Assembly: GCA_963664705.1 (NCBI GenBank)
Contig: OY761556.1
Location: forward strand, 1,792,001-1,856,000
DNA from: Acidobacteriota bacterium
GTDB lineage: Bacteria > Acidobacteriota > UBA6911
Length of the DNA stretch: 64,000 nucleotides
Direction of reading: 5' to 3'
Under the pieces are notes generated by a model. That model ran no database searches. It was not told the DNA's origin and saw only the letters and a program-made list of their open reading frames with translations. The translations under genes were made by a program, and so were the position numbers. This document shows, one piece after another, positions 1-9,659 of this stretch (within the stretch, counting starts at the first letter, position 1; each line of letters opens with the position of its first letter).

Positions 1-1
1 C

Positions 2-1174
2 TGGGCGATGGTGGGTCCGCTGACTTTGAAATTCTTTGCGGACTATGGAGCAACGGTCGTTCGCGTCGAAACGAGCCTTCGTCCCTGCGTCACGCGCACG
101 TCCGCACCCTTCAAGGATAATGTTTCCGGCATCAACCGGAGTGGCTATTTCAACCACTTCAGTGCCAACATGATGAGCCTGTCTTTGAACATGAACAACC
201 CCGCCGGTATGGAGGTTGCGAAGGAGCTGATCGGCTGGGCGGATGTTGTCATGGAAAACTTCACTCCCGGGGTTATGGATAAATGGGGACTTGGGTACGA
301 GGCCCTGACCAGAATCAATCCGAGAATAATTATGGTGCGGCAGAACGGGTTCGGAATCGAAGGACCCTATAAAAATCTGGCGGCATTTGGAATGATCCTC
401 GCAGCTATTGCGGGAATTCCCCAATACATCGGCTGGCCGGATCGAGGCCCGCTTCCCGTTGGCGTTGGAGCCTATACGGACTGTATCAGCCCCCGTTTCG
501 CATCTGCCGCATTGATCGCTGCCCTGGATTATCGCGACAGAACGGGCAAAGGGCAATTGATTGATCTGGCTCAATTTGAAACGGCGCTCTATTTTCTCAC
601 GCCCGGCCTTTTGGACGCGGCCGTAAACAAGCGGGAACCGGCCCGAAACGGCAATGCGGTTGCCGACGCCTCTCCGCATAACGTGTATTCCTGCCAGGGA
701 AAGGAACGATGGTGCACGATTGCGGTAAGTACCGAGGAGCAGTGGAAAGCTCTATGTCATGTGATGGGTAAGGATGCGCTGGCAACGGATCCACGATTCG
801 CTACCCTGGCTCAAAGAAAGCAGAATGAGGCTGCCCTGGACCTGCTGCTCGAATCCTGGACATCGGAAAAAACACCCGAAGAAGTGATGACCCTATTGCA
901 GGTGGCCGGAGTACCCGCGGGGATCGTTGAAAACTCCGCCGACCTGTTTGAAGACCCGCAATTGCGCGCGCGCGGGCTCTTCTGGCCAATGGAACATAGT
1001 GAAATCGGCACCTTTACGCATTTGGGCTCCAGCATGGTCCTATCAAAAACGCCGGCGACCGCTTCGACGGCGAGTCCGTGCATAGGCGAACATAACGAGT
1101 ATGTGCTGACAAAGCTTTTAGGAAAAACGGATGAACAGTTTGTGGAATTGCTTGCCGCAGGCGCACTTGAATAA
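2..1174 (+). CDS. CoA-transferase family III (CaiB/BaiF), 5'-truncated by window edge
   Basis: Motifs ADVVMENFTPGVMDKWGLGYE, GFGIEGPY and GKGQLIDLAQ; probable catalytic Asp in YTDC. Frame is open to the window start (W-A-M-V-G-P). Confidence 0.92.
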   Translation, partial: WAMVGPLTLKFFADYGATVVRVETSLRPCVTRTSAPFKDNVSGINRSGYFNHFSANMMSLSLNMNNPAGMEVAKELIGWADVVMENFTPGVMDKWGLGYEALTRINPRIIMVRQNGFGIEGPYKNLAAFGMILAAIAGIPQYIGWPDRGPLPVGVGAYTDCISPRFASAALIAALDYRDRTGKGQLIDLAQFETALYFLTPGLLDAAVNKREPARNGNAVADASPHNVYSCQGKERWCTIAVSTEEQWKALCHVMGKDALATDPRFATLAQRKQNEAALDLLLESWTSEKTPEEVMTLLQVAGVPAGIVENSADLFEDPQLRARGLFWPMEHSEIGTFTHLGSSMVLSKTPATASTASPCIGEHNEYVLTKLLGKTDEQFVELLAAGALE

Positions 1175-1192
1175 TAGACAGGAGATTTCGTC

Positions 1193-2071
1193 ATGGAACT
1201 AGAGTTCATAAAGTACGAAAAGGACGGACAGGTTGCGTTCATTACCTTAAACAGACCAGACAGGCTGAATGCCATTGGCCCGGAGATTTATCGTGACTGG
1301 ACGGCAGCCCTGGACGAGGCAGAACAGGACGATGATGTAAAGGTGATTGTTTTCAAAGGCGCCGGACGGGCTTTCAGCGCGGGAGCGGATCTGACGGGTG
1401 TCGGTTTTGTGTATGGGATGAAGGAACCGAAGCCGGGAGAAAAAACCAAACAGCGAATTCCACTGAGAGTCAAATTCGAATTCGACAGAAGAGTATTCCT
1501 GGATTTCCACCGACGGATCCTGTACTGCAAAAAGCTCACAATCGCACAGCTGCATACCTACTGCCTGGGCATTGCCTTTAATATTGTTTCCCATTGCGAC
1601 CTCATCATTGCAAGCGACGACTGCGAGATGGGGCATGTCGAAGAACGCCTGGGACAGGGGGGGATGACCCTTACTCCGATCATGATTCTACGCTGTGGCT
1701 TTACCAGAGCCATGGAGCTTTGCCTGACCGGCCGTCGTTTTAACGGCAAAAAGGCAGCCGAATATCAGTTGATCAATAAATCGGTTCCGGCCGACAAACT
1801 GGACGAAGAAGTGCGCAATCTGGCTTACGGCTTGTGCATGCATCCCAAGGATGGCATTTCTGTGGGCAAGGCTATGCGCGAAATGATCTACACGACCATG
1901 GGGATTGATCGCGGCCTGGTAGACCATTACATCATGCATACCGTTCAGACCAACCGCGTTCTGGATGAAGGCGAAATCAACTTTTTCAAGATGCGCCGCG
2001 ACAAGGGTGTGCGCGAGGCGGCTCACGAAAAGCACGACAAGTTCAAGATACTCGATGAATTCGATAGCTAG
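1193..2071 (+). CDS. Enoyl-CoA hydratase/isomerase (crotonase) family protein
   Basis: ITLNRPDRLNAI, GRAFSAGADL and CDLIIAS motifs; RBS AGGAGA upstream. Confidence 0.9.
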   Translation: MELEFIKYEKDGQVAFITLNRPDRLNAIGPEIYRDWTAALDEAEQDDDVKVIVFKGAGRAFSAGADLTGVGFVYGMKEPKPGEKTKQRIPLRVKFEFDRRVFLDFHRRILYCKKLTIAQLHTYCLGIAFNIVSHCDLIIASDDCEMGHVEERLGQGGMTLTPIMILRCGFTRAMELCLTGRRFNGKKAAEYQLINKSVPADKLDEEVRNLAYGLCMHPKDGISVGKAMREMIYTTMGIDRGLVDHYIMHTVQTNRVLDEGEINFFKMRRDKGVREAAHEKHDKFKILDEFDS

Positions 2072-2123
2072 GAAGCAAGCCCGGCGCCTTCATTTATCGA
2101 TCTGTTCCGGGGTTCACATTTCT

Positions 2124-2170
2124 GATGTTTCGTTGCCTGCCTTGCGAAAGAAGGCAGGCAACGGGACATC
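2124..2170 (+). repeat. Intergenic stem-loop of about 20 bp
   Basis: gatgtttcgttgcctgcctt / aaggcaggcaacgggacatc pair with two G-U pairs around loop gcgaaag; no U-tract follows. Confidence 0.7.
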
Positions 2171-2196
2171 GATCAGCCCGTTTCCGGAGTGCATAT

Positions 2197-3567
2197 ATGG
2201 ACGCTTCCGTTTCATTTGCCCAGGTATTCGAAAATACCCAGTACGAGGACCTGCCTTCAGAAGTCGTTGAAGCAACAAAGAAGGAAATCCTCGACCTTCT
2301 TGGAGTGGCTTTCGGAGGGGCAGCCCAGCCTGGTGCCACGCACGTCTGCGCGCTTATGAAGGAGTGGGGCGGCAAGGAGGAGAGCAGCCTTATCGGGAGC
2401 CAGCAGAAGCTGCCGGCACCCAGCGCCGCGCAAGTGAATGCCACAATGGCTCATTCCCTGGACTTTGATGATGTGCACGAGGCGGCCGTGATGCATCCGG
2501 GCATTGCCGCCATTCCGGTTGCTATGGCGGTGGGGGAGGCCCGGGGGAATTTGAGCGGCAGGGACATGATAACTGCTGTAGCGCTTGGCGTTGATATGAT
2601 GTGCCGCCTGGCGCTGGCGACCACTCCCGGAAAAAGCCCGGTGGAGCTGGGATGGCACTTGACCTCCGTGTTTGGTTTTATGGGAGCCGCCGCTACGGCT
2701 GCTCGCATCCTGGGTCTGAACGCAGAAAAAATCGTCGATGCCATCGGAATCGGGTACCACCAGAGCGGCGGGAATGGGCAATGCGTAAAAGATGGTGCCT
2801 TGACCAAGCGGCTTGGCCCCGGATTTGCGGTCAAGGGTGGCATCACCGCCGCGTACCTTGCCAAGGCCGGAGTCACAGGAGCCAGGAATTCGTTGGAAGG
2901 GGAGTGGGGATTTTACCGGCAGTATGCCCACGGAGACTATAGCCGTGAGACACTGGTAACCGATTTGGGAAGGCGATTTGAGGGCGTTAATGTCGCCATC
3001 AAGCCATACCCCTGCTGCCGAGGCGTTCATCCGGCGATTGACGCGGCATTGGCGCTGGTTTCGGAGGCGGGGATTCAGACCAGGGACATAAAGAGCATCG
3101 CTCTTTCCGTTACGGATTCGCATCTGGCGCTTCTTTGCAATCCTTTTGAATCCAAAAAATCCCCCAGAAGTCCGGTTGATGCACAATTCAGTATCCCCTG
3201 GGGCGTCGCAACGGCCTTCGTGAAGGGTAAGGTTGGATTGGACGACTATACCGACAACGCAATCCGAAACAGGGATGTCCTGGATATCACCGCGAAGATG
3301 AGCGTTGATGTGGATAACTCCCTTCACAGGCCCGGCCCTGAACCCACGCGCGTGAAGGTGACGACTACGGACGGGAGCGTACTGGCCAAGGTAGTGGACA
3401 GCCCTCTTGGCAGCCTTGAGCGACCAATGTCTTTCCATGACTGTGCGAACAAATTCCGGGATTGTTCCAAGGGCATGGACCCCGAGAGGATTGAATCCAT
3501 CATCACAAAGGTTGGAGAGCTGGAACAGTTGAGAAACATGCAGGAGCTGATCAGTCTTTTGAAATAA
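2197..3567 (+). CDS. MmgE/PrpD family protein
   Basis: AHSLDFDDVH, HPG, GWH, KPYPCCRGVH and AQFSIPW motifs. Start reassigned to ATG 2197 (GGAG upstream). Confidence 0.9.
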   Translation: MDASVSFAQVFENTQYEDLPSEVVEATKKEILDLLGVAFGGAAQPGATHVCALMKEWGGKEESSLIGSQQKLPAPSAAQVNATMAHSLDFDDVHEAAVMHPGIAAIPVAMAVGEARGNLSGRDMITAVALGVDMMCRLALATTPGKSPVELGWHLTSVFGFMGAAATAARILGLNAEKIVDAIGIGYHQSGGNGQCVKDGALTKRLGPGFAVKGGITAAYLAKAGVTGARNSLEGEWGFYRQYAHGDYSRETLVTDLGRRFEGVNVAIKPYPCCRGVHPAIDAALALVSEAGIQTRDIKSIALSVTDSHLALLCNPFESKKSPRSPVDAQFSIPWGVATAFVKGKVGLDDYTDNAIRNRDVLDITAKMSVDVDNSLHRPGPEPTRVKVTTTDGSVLAKVVDSPLGSLERPMSFHDCANKFRDCSKGMDPERIESIITKVGELEQLRNMQELISLLK

Positions 3568-3626
3568 CGATGCGGGATTGTCGACATAAAATATCCTTTA
3601 TCCATCACAAATAAGGAGGCATTTGT

Positions 3627-4472
3627 ATGAGTAACGCTTTAAGTGGGAAAGTGGCGTTTGTAACGGGTGCTGCAGCAAAGCGCGGTATGGGGCGGGCGGT
3701 TGCGCTGCGATTGGCGAAAGAGGGTGCCGATGTAATGGTGACGGATAAATTTGCCAACCCCAAAAGCGCCTGGGCCGGGGATGAAGATTGGAATGGACTC
3801 CCAGATGTCGTGAAAGAAATTGAAGCATTGGGAAGAAAGGCGGCATACGCCGTAGCGGGAGTGGAGAACGGAAAGGAAGTCGAGGCGGCCGTCAAGGCAA
3901 CGATCGACAAGTTCGGTCAGATCGATATTTTGATTAACTGCGCCGGAACCCGCGGTCCGGTTGGCGTCAATATCGTTGATGGCAAGGAAGAAGATTGGGA
4001 AATGATGTTTGATGTTAACTCCCTGGGCACCATGGTGGTCTCCAAATATGTCGGCAAAGAAATGATCCGCAAAAACCAGGGCGGCAAAATTGTTCACATC
4101 GCTTCTGCGGCTGGTAAGCTCCCTTGTCCGGGAAGCGCGGCCTATGCTGCCTCAAAATGGGCGGTTATTGGAATTACCCAGGCTCTAGCCATAGAACTGG
4201 CGCCCTATAAGATCAACGTTAATGCCATCAATCCGGGCTTTTTCGCTACGAATTTGCGCGATGATGATGCCACGCTGCATAGCAAAGAGAAGGGAATCAG
4301 CATCGAGCAGTTCCGTGCGGATGAATATAAGTTCCTCTCCAATACGGTTCCGCTCAAGAGGATGGGAAAGGTGGAGGAAATTGCCGACCTCTGTTACTTC
4401 CTTGTCAGCGATCAATCGGAATATCTGACCGGTCTGAACATCAACATTACCGGTGGAACACTCATGCACTAG
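3627..4472 (+). CDS. SDR family NAD(P)-dependent oxidoreductase
   Basis: TGAAAKRGMG nucleotide-binding motif, YAASK catalytic motif, NAINPG; RBS AAGGAGG. Confidence 0.92.
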   Translation: MSNALSGKVAFVTGAAAKRGMGRAVALRLAKEGADVMVTDKFANPKSAWAGDEDWNGLPDVVKEIEALGRKAAYAVAGVENGKEVEAAVKATIDKFGQIDILINCAGTRGPVGVNIVDGKEEDWEMMFDVNSLGTMVVSKYVGKEMIRKNQGGKIVHIASAAGKLPCPGSAAYAASKWAVIGITQALAIELAPYKINVNAINPGFFATNLRDDDATLHSKEKGISIEQFRADEYKFLSNTVPLKRMGKVEEIADLCYFLVSDQSEYLTGLNINITGGTLMH

Positions 4473-4590
4473 ATCCCTTCCATTGACTGCGGAAAGCTGG
4501 AACACGCGACGAATGAAGGATTGTCTGCCGCGTGTTCCGGCAACTGGTCCCGTATCCTGCCAACTTCTTTGCCTGAAATGCTCTCGGGCG

Positions 4591-4619
4591 TTGACGTTGA
4601 TTTGGTCAATCCATACAAT
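4591..4619 (+). promoter_or_regulatory. Sigma-70-like promoter of dapL
   Basis: TTGACG-N17-TACAAT about 50 nt upstream of the start codon. Confidence 0.65.
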
Positions 4620-4667
4620 CAGGAACTGCCCAAACTTATTTTAGGCTGAGAGATTCTCGGAAAGGAC

Positions 4668-5903
4668 ATGATGGCCACAGTAAATGAAAATTTCCTGAAA
4701 TTGCAGGCAGGATATCTATTTCCCGAAATTGGCAAGCGCAGACGTGCCTATCAGCAGGCGCACCCGGAGGCAAAAATCATCAGCATGGGAATCGGCGATG
4801 TTACGCAACCGCTCATCCCGGCCGTGATCAACGCCATGCACCAGGCGGTAGACGAAATGGCCCAGAAGGAAACATTTCGAGGCTACGATGACGGTGGCAT
4901 TGGCTATGATTTTTTGCGCGAAGCAATCCGGGTTAATGACTACCAGTCGCGTGGCGTCGCCATTGATATTGATGAAATCTTTATCAGTGACGGAGCGAAA
5001 TCAGATACCGCCAACAGCCAGGAATTGTTTGGACTCGACAATGTTGTTGCCGTTACAGATCCGGTCTACCCGGTTTACGTGGACAGCAACGTAATGGCCG
5101 GCAGAACAGGTCCCATGGACAGTCAGCGCATGTATCAGAAGATACTTTATATGCCGGCTACCGTGGAAAATGGGTTTGTCCCGGAACCCCCTGCAGCTAA
5201 GGCCGATATTGTCTATTTGTGTTTCCCCAACAATCCGACAGGAGCGGTGGCAACCAAAAAACAGCTCGAAAAATGGGTGGAGTACGCGCGAAGAAACGGA
5301 TCGGTGCTCCTTTTCGATGCGGCGTATGAAGCATATATCAGTGATCCGGATGTGCCGCATTCCATCTATGAAATCCCGGGCGCCAAGGAGGTGGCGATCG
5401 AATTTCGCAGCTTCTCCAAGACGGCAGGTTTCACCGGGGTCCGATGTGCCTTTTCGGTTGTTCCCAGAGAAGTGCGCGCGAATTCGGCCAAGGGAGAGAG
5501 TGTAGCGCTGAACCCGCTGTGGAGCCGCAGACTGTGCACCAAGTTCAATGGAGTATCCTACGTTACACAGTCAGGAGCGGCCGCCATTTACACTGCAGAG
5601 GGCAGGACGCAGATTCGGTCGATGATCGAGCTTTATATGAACAATGCCAGGATGATCAGGGAGGGACTTGCGGGCATGGGTTATCAGACCTATGGCGGCG
5701 TCAATGCGCCCTATATCTGGCTTAAAACTCCGAAGGGATTCGATTCCTGGGGATTCTTTGATCGTCTGCTGGCTGAGGCAAACCTGATTACAACGCCGGG
5801 AGTTGGATTTGGGCCTTCCGGTGAAGGTTATGTGAGGCTGACGGCGTTTGGCGATCCTGCGAACGTGAAAGAAGCGCTGGCGCGAATATCCCGTCTTTCC
5901 TGA
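4668..5903 (+). CDS. dapL: LL-diaminopimelate aminotransferase
   Basis: YLFPEI, GIGDVTQPL, SDGAKSD, CFPNNPTG, DAAY, SFSKTAGFTGVR (PLP Lys) and NAPYIW. Confidence 0.96.
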   Translation: MMATVNENFLKLQAGYLFPEIGKRRRAYQQAHPEAKIISMGIGDVTQPLIPAVINAMHQAVDEMAQKETFRGYDDGGIGYDFLREAIRVNDYQSRGVAIDIDEIFISDGAKSDTANSQELFGLDNVVAVTDPVYPVYVDSNVMAGRTGPMDSQRMYQKILYMPATVENGFVPEPPAAKADIVYLCFPNNPTGAVATKKQLEKWVEYARRNGSVLLFDAAYEAYISDPDVPHSIYEIPGAKEVAIEFRSFSKTAGFTGVRCAFSVVPREVRANSAKGESVALNPLWSRRLCTKFNGVSYVTQSGAAAIYTAEGRTQIRSMIELYMNNARMIREGLAGMGYQTYGGVNAPYIWLKTPKGFDSWGFFDRLLAEANLITTPGVGFGPSGEGYVRLTAFGDPANVKEALARISRLS

Positions 5904-5916
5904 AATAATCGATGAT

Positions 5917-5972
5917 AAAAATCGTGGGATTTGTGTTCTGACCTGAGTTCCATCACAAATCCCACGATTTTT
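5917..5972. terminator. Probable bidirectional terminator
   Basis: 19-bp perfect inverted repeat aaaaatcgtgggatttgtg / cacaaatcccacgattttt between convergent genes. Confidence 0.7.
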
Positions 5973-5982
5973 CATTCAATAC

Positions 5983-6876
5983 TTAGTAGTCGGATCCGTT
6001 GCTCCATCCCGAATTAGTACTCGGCGGTACAATCTCGCAATAGGCTTCGGCTGCATGGATCTGGCCTCCATAAATTTTGAAGGAGTGCCAGACATCCAGT
6101 TCCCCATTGCCTTGGAAGAGAGAGCCCGGGCCAAAGTTCATACGAACCGCAACAACTCCAAGATCCTCATCCACAGCAAGCACGCGATGTCTGATTTTCG
6201 ATAAAGTAGGAATGGTCTGAGTCTTCATGACGTCGCAGCCCTTGAAAAACGTGCATCCGGGACCGGCCATAAGGTTTCCATTTTCATAGCGGTAGGCATC
6301 CACGGCCATAGGGGACTCTGCCTTTACGAAGCTGCCGACCTTCAGTCCGGCGGGATAAGTGACAGCGATCTTGACCATGTCGTCCCGAGTGTTCGCCTGG
6401 TCTTTTTCAACCCTGGAGGCCATTTCCTTTCTGACGGTTTTGAGGTTGGCCGGGGTGAACAACATACCTTCTTCCTTGTTCATGACCGCCGTGGTCTCGA
6501 TCTCGGATATTTTGTTGCCGGCTATTTTTAATCTGATCACATAGAGGATGGGAGCGCCGTTCTCCTCCACGACGAGAAAGGAAACTGCCACTCCCTGGCG
6601 TACATCCAGAATATCCCTGCGATAATCCGTAAGGCGAAGGGATTTCTTCCAAATGCCATCTCCCAGCTTCAGTTCTTTGGTATCCTCGGTAAAGCGTGTG
6701 TTGGCTGCAACCGGCAAACTCCCCGGGTTATGGGCTATCAGGGCATCGGTGTATTTGGTAACAAATCCTGCCAGGCAGGCACGATCGCAGTTATCTGCGG
6801 ACATGGCAGCCGGCACTCCAATGGATGCCACAAAAACCAGCAATGTAAAGAGAGCAAAAATATACCTCTTGGTCAT
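5983..6876 (-). CDS. Exported hypothetical protein (CDRACL-motif family)
   Basis: Signal peptide followed by CDRACL...Y.DAL.AHNP..LP.A...RFTE; RBS AGGAGG. Confidence 0.75.
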   Translation of the reverse strand: MTKRYIFALFTLLVFVASIGVPAAMSADNCDRACLAGFVTKYTDALIAHNPGSLPVAANTRFTEDTKELKLGDGIWKKSLRLTDYRRDILDVRQGVAVSFLVVEENGAPILYVIRLKIAGNKISEIETTAVMNKEEGMLFTPANLKTVRKEMASRVEKDQANTRDDMVKIAVTYPAGLKVGSFVKAESPMAVDAYRYENGNLMAGPGCTFFKGCDVMKTQTIPTLSKIRHRVLAVDEDLGVVAVRMNFGPGSLFQGNGELDVWHSFKIYGGQIHAAEAYCEIVPPSTNSGWSNGSDY

Positions 6877-7054
6877 TCAATCCTCCTGGAAGAGCGTTTT
6901 TCGGCAAAACTGCCACAGCATAACCCAAGTGGGTGGAGAAGCAATGCAGTTGTTTCGAAACGCCTGGAAAATCACGAAGCCTCCCGTAAGATATTGACGA
7001 AAAGTCATGATGAAAGGCTTTCAATTTTAAGAGAATAGGCGAAAGGCTGACGCT

Positions 7055-7525
7055 ATGCAGGGAAAACGAGTGAATGACAGTATGATCATGATTGTAAGCC
7101 AGATGACGCAGCAGGATGCGAATCTTGCGGGAAATGTCCATGGTGGTGCTATTCTGAAAAATATCGATAACACCGCGGCTATTGTTGCCACGCGACATGC
7201 CGGGACAAACATCGTTACTGCATCCATCGATAGAGTGGATTTCTATTCTCCGGTATATGTTGGGGACCTGCTCCGGCTGCGTGCTTGCGTGAACTATACG
7301 GGAAATACCTCGATGGAGGTCGGGGTGCGGATAGAGGCAGAAAATTTTATGACCGGAGAAGTGCGGCATACCGCGTCAGCCTATCTTACCTTGGTAGCGC
7401 TCGACCCGGATGGAAAGCCCATGCCGGTGCCTCAAATTATTCTCGAGTCGGAAGATGAGAAGCAGCGATATCGGGAGGCTCAAAGACGGCGCGAGCTTCG
7501 TTTCAAACAGGACCGGCCGGAATAG
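7055..7525 (+). CDS. Acyl-CoA thioesterase (hotdog fold, YciA-like)
   Basis: DANLAGNVHGG, VTASID.VDF and TSMEVGV motifs. Confidence 0.92.
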   Translation: MQGKRVNDSMIMIVSQMTQQDANLAGNVHGGAILKNIDNTAAIVATRHAGTNIVTASIDRVDFYSPVYVGDLLRLRACVNYTGNTSMEVGVRIEAENFMTGEVRHTASAYLTLVALDPDGKPMPVPQIILESEDEKQRYREAQRRRELRFKQDRPE

Positions 7526-7689
7526 AATCGGAGTTCTGTCCGCGAGCTCTCCTATTTACATGATGGATGCGAGGTGTAAAATTACTCATTTGTCTGCCTT
7601 GTGGTAGGCAGATCGGATGTCCGGTCAGAATGTGCACCCTGACTTGGCCAAATTGCACGCACGGGAAAACTCGGCCTAATTTATCTGCG

Positions 7690-9585
7690 ATGACTGTCCA
7701 CCCTGCCATTCTTGCAAAAAAACTCTGCTCCAGCTGGAAAAAGCTTCCGCAGAAACTACTCAGCTTTATTTGGCTCGCATTATCAGCCTGCAGCGCCGTG
7801 CTGATCGGCGAGTTACTGATCAACGCTCTCTATTTTGGAGATTGGCAGTGGCACTTTTCCGGAACACTCGCTGTCTTGGGAAACTTCCTGATTCTTTTCT
7901 GCTCTTTCCTGATCATTCTGGTTGTAGTAAATCGGACGTTTGTTGCAGCCATCCTCGGATCCGTTCTATATGGCGTGGTTATCCTGGCGGACATCCTGAA
8001 GCTCAGCAGCTTTGACAATCCAGTTCGCGTTTCAGATCTGCAATATCTGCCGGACCTCAAAGTTATAGCTAAGTCATCCCTGGGTTATCGATCCGTGTCC
8101 GTGACGCTGATTGTGTTGGTCGCGATCATCGTTGCCATTTGCCTGCTTTGGAAAAAAGAAAGGCACGTGCTGATTCCTGCGGCACGTATTCTGACGGGCT
8201 TTGCGGCCATGGCTATATTGGTTTCATTATTTGTTGTTCCCTCCTATCCCGCTCCACGGGAATGGTTGCATGACCACGGGATTGAAAAACCCGAGTGGTG
8301 GGAATGGGAACCAAGAGGATCCGCGCAGTTAAACGGACTATTGGTTGAGCTGGCCATGAATGCCGGAGAAATGTCTTTTAATCGTCCGGACCGGTACGGT
8401 TATTCCGAGGTCAGCCGCATTGGACTCCGATATCAAAAAGGTTTGGATGCAGCGCCTGTTGTTGCAAAGACTGAACCGCCTCCGAATTTGATTATTTTTC
8501 TTGTGGAATCTTTTATGGATCCGCAGGATCTTGGCGTGCCATTTACCTCTGATCCAATTCCGACGTTTCGTGCCCTTAGCAAAAAATATAGCAGCGGGAA
8601 AGTAGTGGTTCCTGTTTTTGGCGGCACTTCTGCCAACACGGAATTCGAGGTGCTTACCGCGATGACCATGAGTCTTATGCCGGAAGACAGCTGCCCCTAT
8701 CGGCAATACATTAATGCGGACTTGCCTTCTCTCCCACGGTTTCTGCACCAAAACGGATATAGAACAGAAGCCGTTCTGGCCGATCCGGCCTATCTATTCA
8801 GTCGGAAGAAGGTTCTTGGGCATCTGGGGTTCGATCATTGGGATTTTCCAGAAGGGAATCCGTCAACGCCGCGGACTCCGGATGACGAATTTGCCACGGA
8901 TGATGTTATCGCGGATGCCGCCATGCAGGCGAGCCGGAAGGGAAGTCCCTTTTTCTTTCTTGGATTTACCGGCGGGACGCACTGTCCATGGGAATATGAC
9001 GATTACGACAATTCCAGTCTGGATATTGTCGGGCCGATGGCGCAGCCCGGGCGAAAGCGGTTAAAGACCTACATCAATGCCTTGCGGGTTGCCGACAATG
9101 CATTGAAAAAAATGATCGAGTATTACGAAAAGGTGGACCAGCGAACAATGATTCTGATCATGGGCGACCACCTTCCTCCTCTGGGTGATGTCTATGATTC
9201 TGCGCATTTCTTCAAGTCCGGGGACATGGAGGAAGTGCGGCAGCGATACTCTGTTCCGGCGGTATTGTGGTCGAATTTCCCAACAGCAAAAAAGGACTTC
9301 ATCTGCAGTGCCAATCTTATTCCCGCGAAGCTGATCGAGTTGATGGAGCTTCAACCGCGTGGAATTTTTTCGCTATCGGCTGATGTTTACTCGCACTTCC
9401 CGGTGTTTTCAAGGTATGTGCAGACGTGGGATGGACACTTGTTTGATCCTGCCGCACCCGACCTGCCGCTCCGGAACCTGGTCGAAGAATATCGCCTGAT
9501 GCAGTATGACCTTCTCATCGGCAGTCAATATGCCTTGGAACTGCCGGGCTGGGGGCTGACATCTCGGAATGCTAAAATCCACTAA
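7690..9585 (+). CDS. LTA synthase / phosphoglycerol transferase (sulfatase-like) membrane protein
   Basis: About five N-terminal TM segments; PNLIIFLVESFMD, GGTSANTEFE (catalytic Thr), H.PW and MGDHLP. Start uncertain (7567 or 7690). Confidence 0.85.
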   Translation: MTVHPAILAKKLCSSWKKLPQKLLSFIWLALSACSAVLIGELLINALYFGDWQWHFSGTLAVLGNFLILFCSFLIILVVVNRTFVAAILGSVLYGVVILADILKLSSFDNPVRVSDLQYLPDLKVIAKSSLGYRSVSVTLIVLVAIIVAICLLWKKERHVLIPAARILTGFAAMAILVSLFVVPSYPAPREWLHDHGIEKPEWWEWEPRGSAQLNGLLVELAMNAGEMSFNRPDRYGYSEVSRIGLRYQKGLDAAPVVAKTEPPPNLIIFLVESFMDPQDLGVPFTSDPIPTFRALSKKYSSGKVVVPVFGGTSANTEFEVLTAMTMSLMPEDSCPYRQYINADLPSLPRFLHQNGYRTEAVLADPAYLFSRKKVLGHLGFDHWDFPEGNPSTPRTPDDEFATDDVIADAAMQASRKGSPFFFLGFTGGTHCPWEYDDYDNSSLDIVGPMAQPGRKRLKTYINALRVADNALKKMIEYYEKVDQRTMILIMGDHLPPLGDVYDSAHFFKSGDMEEVRQRYSVPAVLWSNFPTAKKDFICSANLIPAKLIELMELQPRGIFSLSADVYSHFPVFSRYVQTWDGHLFDPAAPDLPLRNLVEEYRLMQYDLLIGSQYALELPGWGLTSRNAKIH

Positions 9586-9659
9586 AATTGGAGAATTCGT
9601 GGCAAAAAGAGGACGCTTTTGCCACGAATATTCTCCTGAGTACGACCCTGCTCGATGTT

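Noticed and set aside
2257-3438. Long antisense ORFs (also 21103..22053, 42471..43622, 46808..47554 and others)
   Set aside because: They shadow well-supported genes on the opposite strand and show no recognisable motifs.
4597-4609. FNR/CRP-like box TTGATTTGGTCAA in the dapL promoter spacer
   Set aside because: It is one base shorter than TTGAT-N4-ATCAA and has no supporting copies.
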